Source: a virus (taxonomy: Duplodnaviria; Caudoviricetes). From it: a stretch of DNA of 40,958 nucleotides. The stretch's first letter is position 1. The number at the start of each line of letters is the position of its first letter. The DNA lies in IMG/VR virus record IMGVR_UViG_3300025836_000014, positions 1-40,958 of that record. One strand, 5' to 3'. Under the pieces are notes generated by a model. It made no database searches, had not been told where the DNA came from, and saw only the letters and a program-made list of their open reading frames with translations. The position numbers were made by a program, and so were the translations under genes. Below, one piece after another: positions 14,787 through 23,476 of this stretch.

Positions 14787-15382
14787 AACTCGCGATCGCT
14801 GACCCGCCATACCCGCCTGCCGTCGCGGAACGCTTCGACGTCGAGGGTGGGCGTCTGACAACCCGATCCCGCGCGCGGCGCTACTACGGCGACGGCACCA
14901 GGTGCAGCGACGAGAAGCCTGCCGACTTCCATCCCGCCGCCGGCGAGTGGGATGCCCCCGAACGACACCGTGCGCTCATGCGCCAGCTGCTCGACGAGTA
15001 CGACGGCTGGGCGATCGCCACAACCCCGGACGGGCTCGCAACGTATGGCGCGCTTCCGGTCTCCGCGCGGTTGCTCACGTGGGTGAAACCGAACAACCCG
15101 CCGTCGGGGCATCGCATCCGCCCGACCTGGGAAGCCGTCATCCTCTACCCGCCACAGGAGCGCCGCGGCCGAGCCGCAGGCCTCGTAGCAGTCTCTGACG
15201 TACTTATTTGCGCATCACCGCGGATCGGGTTCGCCGGCGCGAAGCCGGCCGAGTGGACTCGCTGGGTCCTCGAGGCGCTCGGCTACCAGGAGGGCGACGT
15301 CGTGACCGACCTGTTCCCAGGCTCAGGGTCCGTGACGACCGCGCTCGAGAACTATGCGCCTCCGCTCGAGGTGATCTCGTGA
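14783..15382 (+). CDS. DNA amino-methyltransferase (N6-A/N4-C, beta-class motif order), compact
   Basis: N-terminal ADPPY (motif IV), WVKP, GAKP, C-terminal DLFPGSGS (motif I). Confidence 0.82.
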   Translation: MKLAIADPPYPPAVAERFDVEGGRLTTRSRARRYYGDGTRCSDEKPADFHPAAGEWDAPERHRALMRQLLDEYDGWAIATTPDGLATYGALPVSARLLTWVKPNNPPSGHRIRPTWEAVILYPPQERRGRAAGLVAVSDVLICASPRIGFAGAKPAEWTRWVLEALGYQEGDVVTDLFPGSGSVTTALENYAPPLEVIS

Positions 15383-15594
15383 CCCTCTCCCGCGCCGACA
15401 CTGCCCGCCGCAGCGCCCACGCGGTCGGCTACCGCTTCAACATGATCAACAGCTGGTCCGGCGTCGTGCTGTGCTCCCGGTACCTGTGGCGCACCCTCGA
15501 GGGAGAGCCCGGACGCTGCACCGAGTGCCTGTGGATCGTCGCCGAATGGGGCCACAACCCCGACTGCCCGCGACGCTCGAAGAACGGCGTCTGA
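15379..15594 (+). CDS. Hypothetical Cys/His protein (71 aa)
   Basis: GAGGTG RBS, GTGA overlap; RCTEC...GHNPDC. Confidence 0.65.
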   Translation: MTLSRADTARRSAHAVGYRFNMINSWSGVVLCSRYLWRTLEGEPGRCTECLWIVAEWGHNPDCPRRSKNGV

Positions 15595-16064
15595 TGAGCG
15601 GATACCTCCCGATCGACTGGCTCCACATCCTCGCCTTGACGAAGCTGTCGCCGAGTACTCGCCTCGTCGCGTTCACTCTCGCCTTCTCACCCGACGACGT
15701 GCACGTCTGCGGGTTCCCGGAGGCGATCATCTTCAAGCACATAGATCTGCTCGTCCAGGGTGGATGGCTCGACGACAGAGGCGGTCTCTCGGACCTCGTG
15801 TTCAAGACCCCATGGGGAACGCCACAGCCTCCCGGACGTCCGCGACGCAATCCGATCCCGGCGCCTCTCCGCGCGCTCGTCATCGAGCGTGACGGCCTCG
15901 TGTGCCAGATCTGCGACGCTACCGTCCGAGTACTCCCGACGTACGCCACCGATCAGCTGACGCTCGATCACATCGTGCCGTGGTCGAAGGGCGGCGCGGA
16001 CACCATAGAGAACCTCCGCGTTGCGTGCGCCCCGTGCAACATCGCAAGGGGGAACCAGGACTGA
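15594..16064 (+). CDS. HNH endonuclease with initiator-like N-terminus
   Basis: ERDGLVCQIC...TLDHIVPWSKGG...NLRVACAPCNIARGN. Confidence 0.85.
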   Translation: MSGYLPIDWLHILALTKLSPSTRLVAFTLAFSPDDVHVCGFPEAIIFKHIDLLVQGGWLDDRGGLSDLVFKTPWGTPQPPGRPRRNPIPAPLRALVIERDGLVCQICDATVRVLPTYATDQLTLDHIVPWSKGGADTIENLRVACAPCNIARGNQD

Positions 16065-16417
16065 TGGGGATCCGTCTCGTGCAGTACGCCAACGGCCCCT
16101 GGTGGGCGCACCTCGATCCGGCGCCGCGGATGGTGCTGTCAATCATGGCGTCCAAGGTCCTCGACGCGCCCAAGGGTAAAACGCCGGCCGGGACGTATTT
16201 CGCGAGCCGCGCAGAACTCGTTCTCGCATATGCCGGAGTTGACGAGAATGACCCTCGCTGGGACTCGGTAGAGAGGCGCATCCGTCGCCATCTCTCGACC
16301 CTTATCGACGCCGGTGCTATTCGTCAGATCTATCGCGGACATCAGGGAAAGAACTCTGTTTATGAATTGCTCGTTGACCCGCTACGAGACCGCCAAGACG
16401 AACTCCCAGGCGCGTGA
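16064..16417 (+). CDS. Replication initiator-like wHTH protein (117 aa)
   Basis: WAHLDPAPRMVLSIMA...TYFASRAEL...ERRIRRHLSTLIDAGAI...GKNSVYEL; iterons lie immediately downstream. Confidence 0.72.
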   Translation: MGIRLVQYANGPWWAHLDPAPRMVLSIMASKVLDAPKGKTPAGTYFASRAELVLAYAGVDENDPRWDSVERRIRRHLSTLIDAGAIRQIYRGHQGKNSVYELLVDPLRDRQDELPGA

Positions 16418-16427
16418 GAGGACCACG

Positions 16428-16700
16428 ATGACCATGCTGCAGCGTGACCGCCAGGCCACCTCCGAGGACCCGCGCGTCGACACCCAAGGGGGCCGAGAAC
16501 GTCCAACCCAGGGGGGCCGAGAATGTCCAGAGCCCAAGTGGATAGGGGGGCCGAGAGTGTCCACAAGGGGGGCCGAGAACGTCCCCCTGAGGAACAAGAG
16601 GAGGAAGGAAGAACTAGGACCAACTATGAGGATCCAGCCTAGGAGAGCCGACCACGTACAGACGGGCGCCACCGCGACCACGACGAGGAGCACCCGATGA
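16428..16700 (+). CDS. Possible low-complexity ORF spanning the iterons
   Basis: GAGGA RBS, ATG, and ATGA overlap with the next gene; the product looks disordered. Confidence 0.35.
   Translation: MTMLQRDRQATSEDPRVDTQGGRERPTQGGRECPEPKWIGGPRVSTRGAENVPLRNKRRKEELGPTMRIQPRRADHVQTGATATTTRSTR
16488..16584 (+). repeat. Four 17-bp iterons, candidate replication origin
   Basis: GGGGGCCGAGA(A/G)(C/T)GTCC at 16488, 16512, 16546 and 16568, followed by a purine-rich tract GAGGAACAAGAGGAGGAAGGAAGAA. Confidence 0.8.
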
Positions 16701-17488
16701 CCACCTGGCTCGATAGCAAGGCCGTCGAACGATTCCACGACGACCTCGCCGCCATTCCCACGTTGTTCGCCGACCTTCCCGCCGTCAAGACCGGAATCAA
16801 AGACCCCACCAACGGCGCACGCAAACCCCCAGCATCAAAGCCGCCCCTATCCATCGAAGTCGTCACGTTGTTGGATACCGAGAAGAAAGACGCCGACGAA
16901 TACCAAGAGACCGACCCGAGAGGACACGACGTACTCGACCGCTATGGCGTCATTCCACGCATCGGACTATGGCTGCGCATGGCCGTCGAAGAGATGACCG
17001 ACGCCGGCGAGACCGTCCCACCGATCGACGGATGGATGAACCTCGACCAGGTCTGCCACTCGATCCAGCAGCTGACGCCATGGCTCATCGGGCAGCAGTG
17101 GGTCACCGAGCTCGCCCAAGACATGCACGCACTCCGCGCCGAGATCGAAGCCGCCCTCGGGATCGCCAAGGAGTTCAAGCCCAGGTGCCGCGAGCTCTGG
17201 TGTGGGACGCTGCTGGACGCGATGGACAACGGGTCCTGGTACTCATGCCCAGGCTGCAAGCGCGAGTACATCATCGCGGAAGACTTGAAGGCGCTGGGAG
17301 ATGCGCAGTACCTGCGAGACGAGGAGATCGCTCAGCTGCTCGACGTGCCCCGGTCGACCGTGCGGTACTGGAAGCAGGTCGGCTGGGTCCATGCCATCGC
17401 CACCACCGCCTCAGGGGTTCTGCTGTACGACCTCGACCAGGTGCGCATCGTGCGCGACACGCCGCCAGCCGAGAGAGTTCGACCATGA
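16697..17488 (+). CDS. Putative late transcription regulator (Zn ribbon plus C-terminal HTH)
   Basis: RC...WC...CPGC, then EEIAQLLDVPRSTVRYW...LLYDL; last early gene before the packaging module. Confidence 0.7.
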   Translation: MTTWLDSKAVERFHDDLAAIPTLFADLPAVKTGIKDPTNGARKPPASKPPLSIEVVTLLDTEKKDADEYQETDPRGHDVLDRYGVIPRIGLWLRMAVEEMTDAGETVPPIDGWMNLDQVCHSIQQLTPWLIGQQWVTELAQDMHALRAEIEAALGIAKEFKPRCRELWCGTLLDAMDNGSWYSCPGCKREYIIAEDLKALGDAQYLRDEEIAQLLDVPRSTVRYWKQVGWVHAIATTASGVLLYDLDQVRIVRDTPPAERVRP

Positions 17489-17540
17489 GCGCCGATCGGG
17501 TCTACCATCACAGCGGCGTTAGATGCGCCCAAGATCAGGT
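17479..17540 (+). promoter_or_regulatory. Candidate late promoter plus operator-like site
   Basis: TCGACC (17479), 18 nt, TACCAT (17503). GCCCAAGATCAGG (17527-17539) matches the 2337 operator at 12 of 13 nt. Confidence 0.45.
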
Positions 17541-17548
17541 AGAGGATC

Positions 17549-17686
17549 ATGCTCCCACTCATCGTCGGACTCCCGCCGATCGTCATGCTGATCCTGATCC
17601 TGCTGGCCATCCTCGTCCCGCTCGCGGTACTCGTGCTCATCATCGCGGCGCTCATCAAGTACCTACGCAAGAAGCAACCAACCTGA
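17549..17686 (+). CDS. Small hydrophobic membrane peptide (45 aa)
   Basis: AGAGGA RBS; MLPLIVGLPPIVMLILILLAILVPLAVLVLIIAALIKYLRKKQPT. Confidence 0.65.
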   Translation: MLPLIVGLPPIVMLILILLAILVPLAVLVLIIAALIKYLRKKQPT

Positions 17687-17701
17687 CCTTCAGGCGATGA
17701 C

Positions 17702-17998
17702 GTGACCACACACCGCATCGCCAAGCACGCCGGCCGATCCACCCGACGCTGGCGCAAACTCGCAGCCACCCAACGCGCCAAACGCGAAGGATGCTGCTAC
17801 TGCCAGCAACCCATCGACTACACCCTGCCGCACAACCACAGCTGCGCGTTCACCGTCGCCCACTGGCTACCCGTCGCCCTCTACCCGCACCTCGCCGAGA
17901 CCGCCAGCAACATCAGGGGCGCGGCACACAGGGCGTGCAACAGCGAGGCAGGGACCAGCATCGACGTGGTCGAACCCGAGGCGTCAGTCGACTGGTAG
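17702..17998 (+). CDS. Terminase-associated HNH protein (HK97 gp74-like position)
   Basis: RWRKL...CCYCQQPIDY...TVAH...P.LA....NI..AHRACNS. Confidence 0.85.
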   Translation: MTTHRIAKHAGRSTRRWRKLAATQRAKREGCCYCQQPIDYTLPHNHSCAFTVAHWLPVALYPHLAETASNIRGAAHRACNSEAGTSIDVVEPEASVDW

Positions 17999-18089
17999 AC
18001 GCCCACGGTCGTCCCTCCCGAGCGCTAGGCGGGAGGGGCCAGCTGGTCGGAGCGGGTGAACCCCAAGTCCCCGCCCCGACTGGCCAGTG

Positions 18090-18454
18090 ATAATCGAACA
18101 CCTGGCGTACGATACATAGGGGGGGTATCCCAGGCGGGAGCGCCCTACCCCCTGGGGGTATGGAAGGTCGGGGCCCAGGAGCGGCGGGTTCAGAACTACA
18201 CCCATGTGAGCCTTAAGAGTTGTTCGATTGTGTCGTCACAGTGACACGCATCGTCCCTTGTCGGAGGCGAATCCAAATAATAATCGAACAAAAGATCAAA
18301 AAATCCAACGCCCCAAAACAGGGCCAACTGCAGTTGTCCCTGTTTCTCTCCCCCCGGAACTTTCGAGGGGGGGGTATACACCCCAGGCATCCCCCAGGGC
18401 GCCCGCAGGGGGGGGTATACCCCCCAGACGCCACGCGAGGCGAATAATCGAACA
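18090..18454. other. Candidate cos/packaging-initiation region
   Basis: Intergenic between HNH and terS. Contains a 30-bp dyad (18316-18345), four A(T/C)AATCGAACA boxes, G-run-TATA-C-run palindromes, A-tracts and TTTCTCTCCCCCC. Confidence 0.65.
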
Positions 18455-18497
18455 CCCCGGCCCGTTCAAGGGGGTCCGTGAGCGTCAGGAGGTCGTC

Positions 18498-18842
18498 GTG
18501 GGTCCGGTGCTGAGGGCGACTCGGGTGGCGTTGAAGGCTGCCGCTCTGACGGTGTTGTCGGGCCCGGATGCGGGTTCTGTGGCGGTGTTGCTGCGGCTCG
18601 CGGCCACGATCGACCGCATGGATACCCCCGACGAGCCTCTCGATGAGGGTGAGCGGCGGCCGCGGAAGGCGTTCGACAACGTGAGCATCCCGACGTACCT
18701 GAAGTATGCGGAGGCGCTGGGCCTGACGCCAGCGGCGCGTGCGGTGGCGTCGGGGACGCCGATCGAGTCTGAGATGGGTGGTGGCGTTCGTGGTGGCAGT
18801 CTTGGCGCCGTCCTCACCCTCGCCGCTCAAGCCACGGGGTAG
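18498..18842 (+). CDS. terS: Terminase small subunit
   Basis: AGGAGG RBS; LAATID...DNVSIPTYLKYAEALGLTPAAR motif; overlaps terL. Confidence 0.82.
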   Translation: MGPVLRATRVALKAAALTVLSGPDAGSVAVLLRLAATIDRMDTPDEPLDEGERRPRKAFDNVSIPTYLKYAEALGLTPAARAVASGTPIESEMGGGVRGGSLGAVLTLAAQATG

Positions 18843-20526
18843 GTTGCTCGGCTCGACCGAGCCTCGGATCTTCACGCCGCCTCTTCGTGAGCTCACGCCG
18901 GAGACGTCGTTGGGGTTCGCGGCGGTCAAGTTCTCGACGGATGTGCTGCTGCTGGTGTTGTTTCCGTGGCAGGAGTGGTTGCTGATCCACGCGTTGGAGC
19001 TGCTGCCGAATGGCCGGTTCCGGTTCCGTACGGTGTTGGTGCTGGTGGCTCGCCAGAACGGCAAGTCGACGGTCTCGATCGTGCTCGCGTTGTTCTTCCT
19101 GTTCGTGCTGAAGGTCACGACGGTGCTGGGCACCGCGCAGGACCTGGACACGGCCGAGGAGGTCTGGGAGCAGGCCGTGTCGTTCGTCGAGGAGATGGAC
19201 GACGACACCGAGCTCCCGGTACGGCCGGATCTGAAGGCTGAGCATCACCACACGGTCCGCACGAACGGGAAGATGGCGCTGGTCCTGACCCGCGCGAACC
19301 GGCATCAGCGCCGCTACAAGGTGAAGGCGGCGAACCGGCGGGCCGGGCGTGGGTTCGCGGGCGATCTGACGTTGCTGGACGAGCTGCGTGAGCATCAGAC
19401 GTGGGAAGCCTGGTCGGCGATCACGAAAACGCTCATGGGCCGGCCAAACGGCCAGACATGGGCGATGTCGAACGCCGGCGACATCACGTCGGCGGTGTTG
19501 CGGTTCTTGCGCAAGAAGGCCCACGAGCGGCTGGGCGACCCGGACGGGATCTGCGCACGAGACCCGGCGTCGAACGAGATGCCGTCGCGTGAGGATTTCG
19601 CGCGAATTGTCGCCGAGCTGGAGCTCGAGGACTTCGACGCCTGGTCCGACGAGCTGAAGGAGCTCGAGGACTCGGCTGACGATCTGGGCCTGTTCGAGTG
19701 GTCCGCGGCGCCGGAGTGCGAGGTTGTGGATCCACGGGCGTGGGCTCAGGCGAACCCGTCGATGGGGTACATGATCTCGCCCCAGTCCATCCTGTCGGCG
19801 GCGCTGACCGACAAGGAGTGGGAGTTTCGGACCGAGGTGTTGTGCCAGTGGGCGGATGATGCGTTGACCGGTCCTTTCCCTGTGAACGCGTTCGCGAAAT
19901 GCGCGGCTGTCCGGGATGTGCGGGGCGTGCTGCTCGAGTCCGAGAAGCTGTCCCGCGATCGCCGTACGACGGCGTGCGTGACGGTCTCAGAGGACCGCGC
20001 CTGGACATACGTGACCGTGTGCGGGACCCGTGCGGATGGTCTGCCTCAGCTCGAGGTCGCCGCAACCCTCGAGGGGACCTCAGGGCTCGCGAAGTGGTTC
20101 ACGGATCCGAAGATGCCGCACCGCCGGCGCTGGCAGGTTGCCGTGCAGATGGGCGGAGCGGCCCCGGAGGCCGGCCTGGTGCCCGCGTTGAAGCGCGCCG
20201 GCATCCGCGTCGTGCCATGGAAGCCGGCCGATGTGGGCATGTCGTGGGGGTTGTTCTACGACGCGGTCAAGGAGTGCCGGATCCGGCACACGTCCCAGAA
20301 GCAGCTGACCGATCCGGCGTCGAAGTCGAAGCTCAAGCCAACCGAATCAGGCGCGAAGGTCCTCGACCGTCGCCGGGCCCGCGGTACCGACCCGGTGCCT
20401 CTGGTCGGCGCGCAGGGCGCGTACTGGCTGTGGCAGCTGCGGACGGCCCCGGTCACGAAGGCTGCGGCCCCGGTGGTCGCCTCCGACAGCAGCACCGTCC
20501 ATGAACTCGACCGCATGAGGTTCTGA
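18781..20526 (+). CDS. terL: Terminase large subunit (start uncertain, 18739-18802)
   Basis: GSTEPRIFTPPLR, FPWQ, Walker A VARQNGKS, Walker B LLDELRE, SNAG, ANPSMG, FRTEVLCQW. Confidence 0.93.
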   Translation: MAFVVAVLAPSSPSPLKPRGRLLGSTEPRIFTPPLRELTPETSLGFAAVKFSTDVLLLVLFPWQEWLLIHALELLPNGRFRFRTVLVLVARQNGKSTVSIVLALFFLFVLKVTTVLGTAQDLDTAEEVWEQAVSFVEEMDDDTELPVRPDLKAEHHHTVRTNGKMALVLTRANRHQRRYKVKAANRRAGRGFAGDLTLLDELREHQTWEAWSAITKTLMGRPNGQTWAMSNAGDITSAVLRFLRKKAHERLGDPDGICARDPASNEMPSREDFARIVAELELEDFDAWSDELKELEDSADDLGLFEWSAAPECEVVDPRAWAQANPSMGYMISPQSILSAALTDKEWEFRTEVLCQWADDALTGPFPVNAFAKCAAVRDVRGVLLESEKLSRDRRTTACVTVSEDRAWTYVTVCGTRADGLPQLEVAATLEGTSGLAKWFTDPKMPHRRRWQVAVQMGGAAPEAGLVPALKRAGIRVVPWKPADVGMSWGLFYDAVKECRIRHTSQKQLTDPASKSKLKPTESGAKVLDRRRARGTDPVPLVGAQGAYWLWQLRTAPVTKAAAPVVASDSSTVHELDRMRF

Positions 20527-20547
20527 AATCTCCCGAAGGGGGCACTC

Positions 20548-21861
20548 GTGGTAGCTTCCGGCGCACCCGTGGTTGAGAAGGGCCTGGTCGTCTCGTCCGC
20601 CGGCACGCAGTGGTGGCCGGACGACGACGAGGAGACTCCCGAGCTGCGGTGGCCGAATAGCGTCGAGGTGTACGACCGGATGCGGCGGCAGGACTCGCAG
20701 GTTCGGTCATCGCTGCAGGCGGTCAAGCTCCCGATCCGGCGCACGACGTGGCGGATCGACCCGAATGGCGCCACACCGAGGGTTGTTCAGGCCTGCGCGG
20801 ACGAGCTCGGGCTGCCGATCGTCGGAGGCGAGCCGCGTCCAGTACTGCGGACCCGTGACCGGTTCTCGTGGGCGGATCATCTGCGGCTCGCGCTGTTGAA
20901 CCTCGACTACGGGCATTCGTTCTTCGAGCAGACGTACCGGATCCAGCAGGTCGCAACGCCGCAGTACCCGAAGGGGTTCGCGCACATCCGCAAGCTCGGG
21001 TGGCGCCCGCCGCGCACGATCTCCGGGGTGGATGTGGCCCGCGATGGCGGTCTCGTCGCGATCCGGCAGTACGGCGTCTCGGAGCCGATCCCCGTCAGCC
21101 AGCTGGTCGCGTACGTGAGCGAGCGTGAAGGCGGGAACTGGCTGGGCCAGTCACTGCTTCGTCCCGCCTTCAAACCATGGACACTGAAGGACCGTGCGCT
21201 GCGCGTCCAGGCGCAGACCCTGGACCGGAACGGGCTCGGTATCCCGGTGTACGAGGCCGGCGCGGAACCCGACTACGACGGGATACAGCCGCAGGACCGG
21301 GAGAAGGCCGTCGAGACGGAGATGGCTGCCGGCGCGAAGCTCGCCCAGGCGTACCGGGCTGGTGACAACTCAGGCGCAGCGATCCGTAACGGCTCGAAGC
21401 TGTCGCTGATGGGCGTCACCGGAACGCTGCCGGATTCCGACAAGCCAATCCGCTACTACGACGAGCAGATCAGCGCCGCGGTGCTCGCGAACTTCCTGTC
21501 GCTCGGCGGCGACAACGCGACCGGTTCGTACGCGCTCGGCAAGACGTTCGCCGAGTTCTTCGTGCAGTCCCTGCAGACGGTCGCGCTCGACATCGCGGAC
21601 GTCGCCACGATGCACATCATCGAGGACTTCGTCGACATCAACTTCGGCACCGACGAGCCGGCCCCCAGGATCGTGTTCGACGAGATCGGGGCGCAGCAGG
21701 CAGCCACCGCCACCGCCATCAAGATGCTCATCGACTGTGGGGCACTGATGGCTGACGGGCCTCTCGAAATGTTCCTCCGCGAGCGCTACAGCCTTCCTGT
21801 GGCAGATCCGACGACAAGCCGTGTCGCACCGATACCGACACCCAGCATCCAAGGAGCATGA
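20548..21861 (+). CDS. Portal protein (DUF935/Mu gp29-like)
   Basis: ELRWPNSVEVYDRMRRQDSQV..., YGHSFFEQ, GNWLGQSLLRP, ATGSYALG; follows terL. Confidence 0.88.
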   Translation: MVASGAPVVEKGLVVSSAGTQWWPDDDEETPELRWPNSVEVYDRMRRQDSQVRSSLQAVKLPIRRTTWRIDPNGATPRVVQACADELGLPIVGGEPRPVLRTRDRFSWADHLRLALLNLDYGHSFFEQTYRIQQVATPQYPKGFAHIRKLGWRPPRTISGVDVARDGGLVAIRQYGVSEPIPVSQLVAYVSEREGGNWLGQSLLRPAFKPWTLKDRALRVQAQTLDRNGLGIPVYEAGAEPDYDGIQPQDREKAVETEMAAGAKLAQAYRAGDNSGAAIRNGSKLSLMGVTGTLPDSDKPIRYYDEQISAAVLANFLSLGGDNATGSYALGKTFAEFFVQSLQTVALDIADVATMHIIEDFVDINFGTDEPAPRIVFDEIGAQQAATATAIKMLIDCGALMADGPLEMFLRERYSLPVADPTTSRVAPIPTPSIQGA

Positions 21862-23090
21862 GCATGGCCACGACCTTCCGTTTCCGCGGCGAGCAGCCGC
21901 CCACCGAGACGTCCCGCGCGTCGCTGCTGGCCGACACCGGCGCCGACACGGGCACCGCAACCCTGTACCTGTACGACCCGATCGACTCGTGGGGCGGCTT
22001 CTGGGGCGTGTCGGCGAAGGAGTTCGCTCTCGCGCTCGCCGTGCTGCCGGCGGACACGACCGAGATCCGGCTCCACATCAACTCGCCCGGTGGCGAGGTG
22101 TTCGACGCGATGGCGATCGTGAACCAGCTCGGCCGGCATCCGGCGAAGGTCGTCGCAGTCGTGGATGGGATCGCCGCGTCGGCCGCGTCGTTCATCGCCG
22201 CAGCTGCTGACGAGGTCGTGATGGGCATCGGGACGCAGATGATGATCCACGACGCCTGGAACATCGAGATCGGCGACGAAGCGGCCATGCTCGCCATGGC
22301 GGCTCGGCTGGCTCGGGACTCGAACTCTGTCGCCGAGATCTATGCCGCGAAGGCAGGCGGCACCGTCGACGAGTGGCGGGCCCTGATGCGTGACGAGACG
22401 TGGTACTCGGCTGCTGAGGCGGTCGCCGCCGGCCTGGCCGACTCGACCGTGGAGGACCCGGCCAGCAACGCGAAGGCGAAGGCTGCTCTCACGGGCGCCC
22501 GTGCGATGTTCCGTTACGCGGGCCGCGACGAGGCCCCCGCCCCCGGACGGCTCGCCGTCCATCCCGATCTCCCGGCCGCTCCCGAGCCGGGTCCCCAAGA
22601 AACCCACCAGGAGGAGGACTCCATGTCCGCACTTTCCGATGGGCTCCGCACGCGGCTCGGGATCACCGATGCCGCCCTCGACGAGGACGGCCTGTTGGCC
22701 GCGATCGACGAGGCGCTCGCAGAGCGCGCAGAGCCCCACATCCAGGTCCCGTCGGCTCTGCCGGCCGGAACCATCGCCATCGACGAGGCCACCTACGCCC
22801 AGCTGCTCGGCGACGGCAAGGCAGGCCGCGAGGCTCGCGACAAGCAGATCGAGGACGGCCGCGAGACCGCCATCGATGCGGCCATCCAGACTGGGCGGAT
22901 TCCGTTCGCCCGTCGAGAGCACTGGCTCGAGCAGCTCACGAAGGATCCCGGCGCGGTCGAGACTCTCAACGCGCTGGCTCCTGGTCTCATTCCGATTGAG
23001 TTCATCGGCCTCACCGGAGGCGTCGACGAGGCGTCCGACGACGACGCCGCCAACTACGAGGCGCTCTACGCCCAGAAGAAGGAGGCCTGA
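21858..23090 (+). CDS. ClpP-type capsid maturation protease fused to a scaffold domain
   Basis: LHINSPGGEV, DGIAASAAS (Ser), MMIHDA (His), ETWYSAAEAV, then a helical acidic scaffold. Confidence 0.9.
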   Translation: MSMATTFRFRGEQPPTETSRASLLADTGADTGTATLYLYDPIDSWGGFWGVSAKEFALALAVLPADTTEIRLHINSPGGEVFDAMAIVNQLGRHPAKVVAVVDGIAASAASFIAAAADEVVMGIGTQMMIHDAWNIEIGDEAAMLAMAARLARDSNSVAEIYAAKAGGTVDEWRALMRDETWYSAAEAVAAGLADSTVEDPASNAKAKAALTGARAMFRYAGRDEAPAPGRLAVHPDLPAAPEPGPQETHQEEDSMSALSDGLRTRLGITDAALDEDGLLAAIDEALAERAEPHIQVPSALPAGTIAIDEATYAQLLGDGKAGREARDKQIEDGRETAIDAAIQTGRIPFARREHWLEQLTKDPGAVETLNALAPGLIPIEFIGLTGGVDEASDDDAANYEALYAQKKEA

Positions 23091-23095
23091 TCACC

Positions 23096-23458
23096 ATGGG
23101 TGACCACCTGCTCAAGTTCAAGCCGGGCCAGGCTGTGACGTTCACGGCGTCCACGGCCGTCGTCGGCGGCAACGCCGTCGAGGTCACCGGCAACCGCACG
23201 GTCGGTGTCGCGGCCGCGGCCGCGTCGACCAAGACCATCGGTAGCGCCGCCCACGACGCCGCGATCAACGACCTGGTCATCGTCCACCTCTCCGGCCCTG
23301 TCGACGCGTTCATCTCCGCCGCGGCCATCTTGGCCGGCGCGGAAGTGGAGAACGCGACCCTCGGGAAGGTGCAGACGGCGACGACCGGACGCATTCTCGG
23401 CATCACTCTGACGGCCGCAACCGCTGCCGATCAGACCGTCCAGGTCCTGCGGGCCTGA
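23096..23458 (+). CDS. Capsid cement/decoration protein (DUF2190-like)
   Basis: 120-aa Ala/Thr/Val-rich protein between the protease and the capsid gene; AGGAGG RBS. Confidence 0.75.
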   Translation: MGDHLLKFKPGQAVTFTASTAVVGGNAVEVTGNRTVGVAAAAASTKTIGSAAHDAAINDLVIVHLSGPVDAFISAAAILAGAEVENATLGKVQTATTGRILGITLTAATAADQTVQVLRA

Positions 23459-23476
23459 GAGAGGACCTGAACACTC

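Noticed and set aside
16488-16584. 17-bp repeats as a mini-CRISPR array
   Set aside because: Spacers are only 5-17 nt and the repeats sit beside an initiator gene, which fits iterons.
18316-18345. Protelomerase (telRL) site of a linear plasmid prophage
   Set aside because: No protelomerase or ParA gene; the position between HNH and terS fits cos better.
18090-18454. LexA/SOS boxes
   Set aside because: Only TCGAAC half-sites; none forms TCGAAC-N4-GTTCGA.
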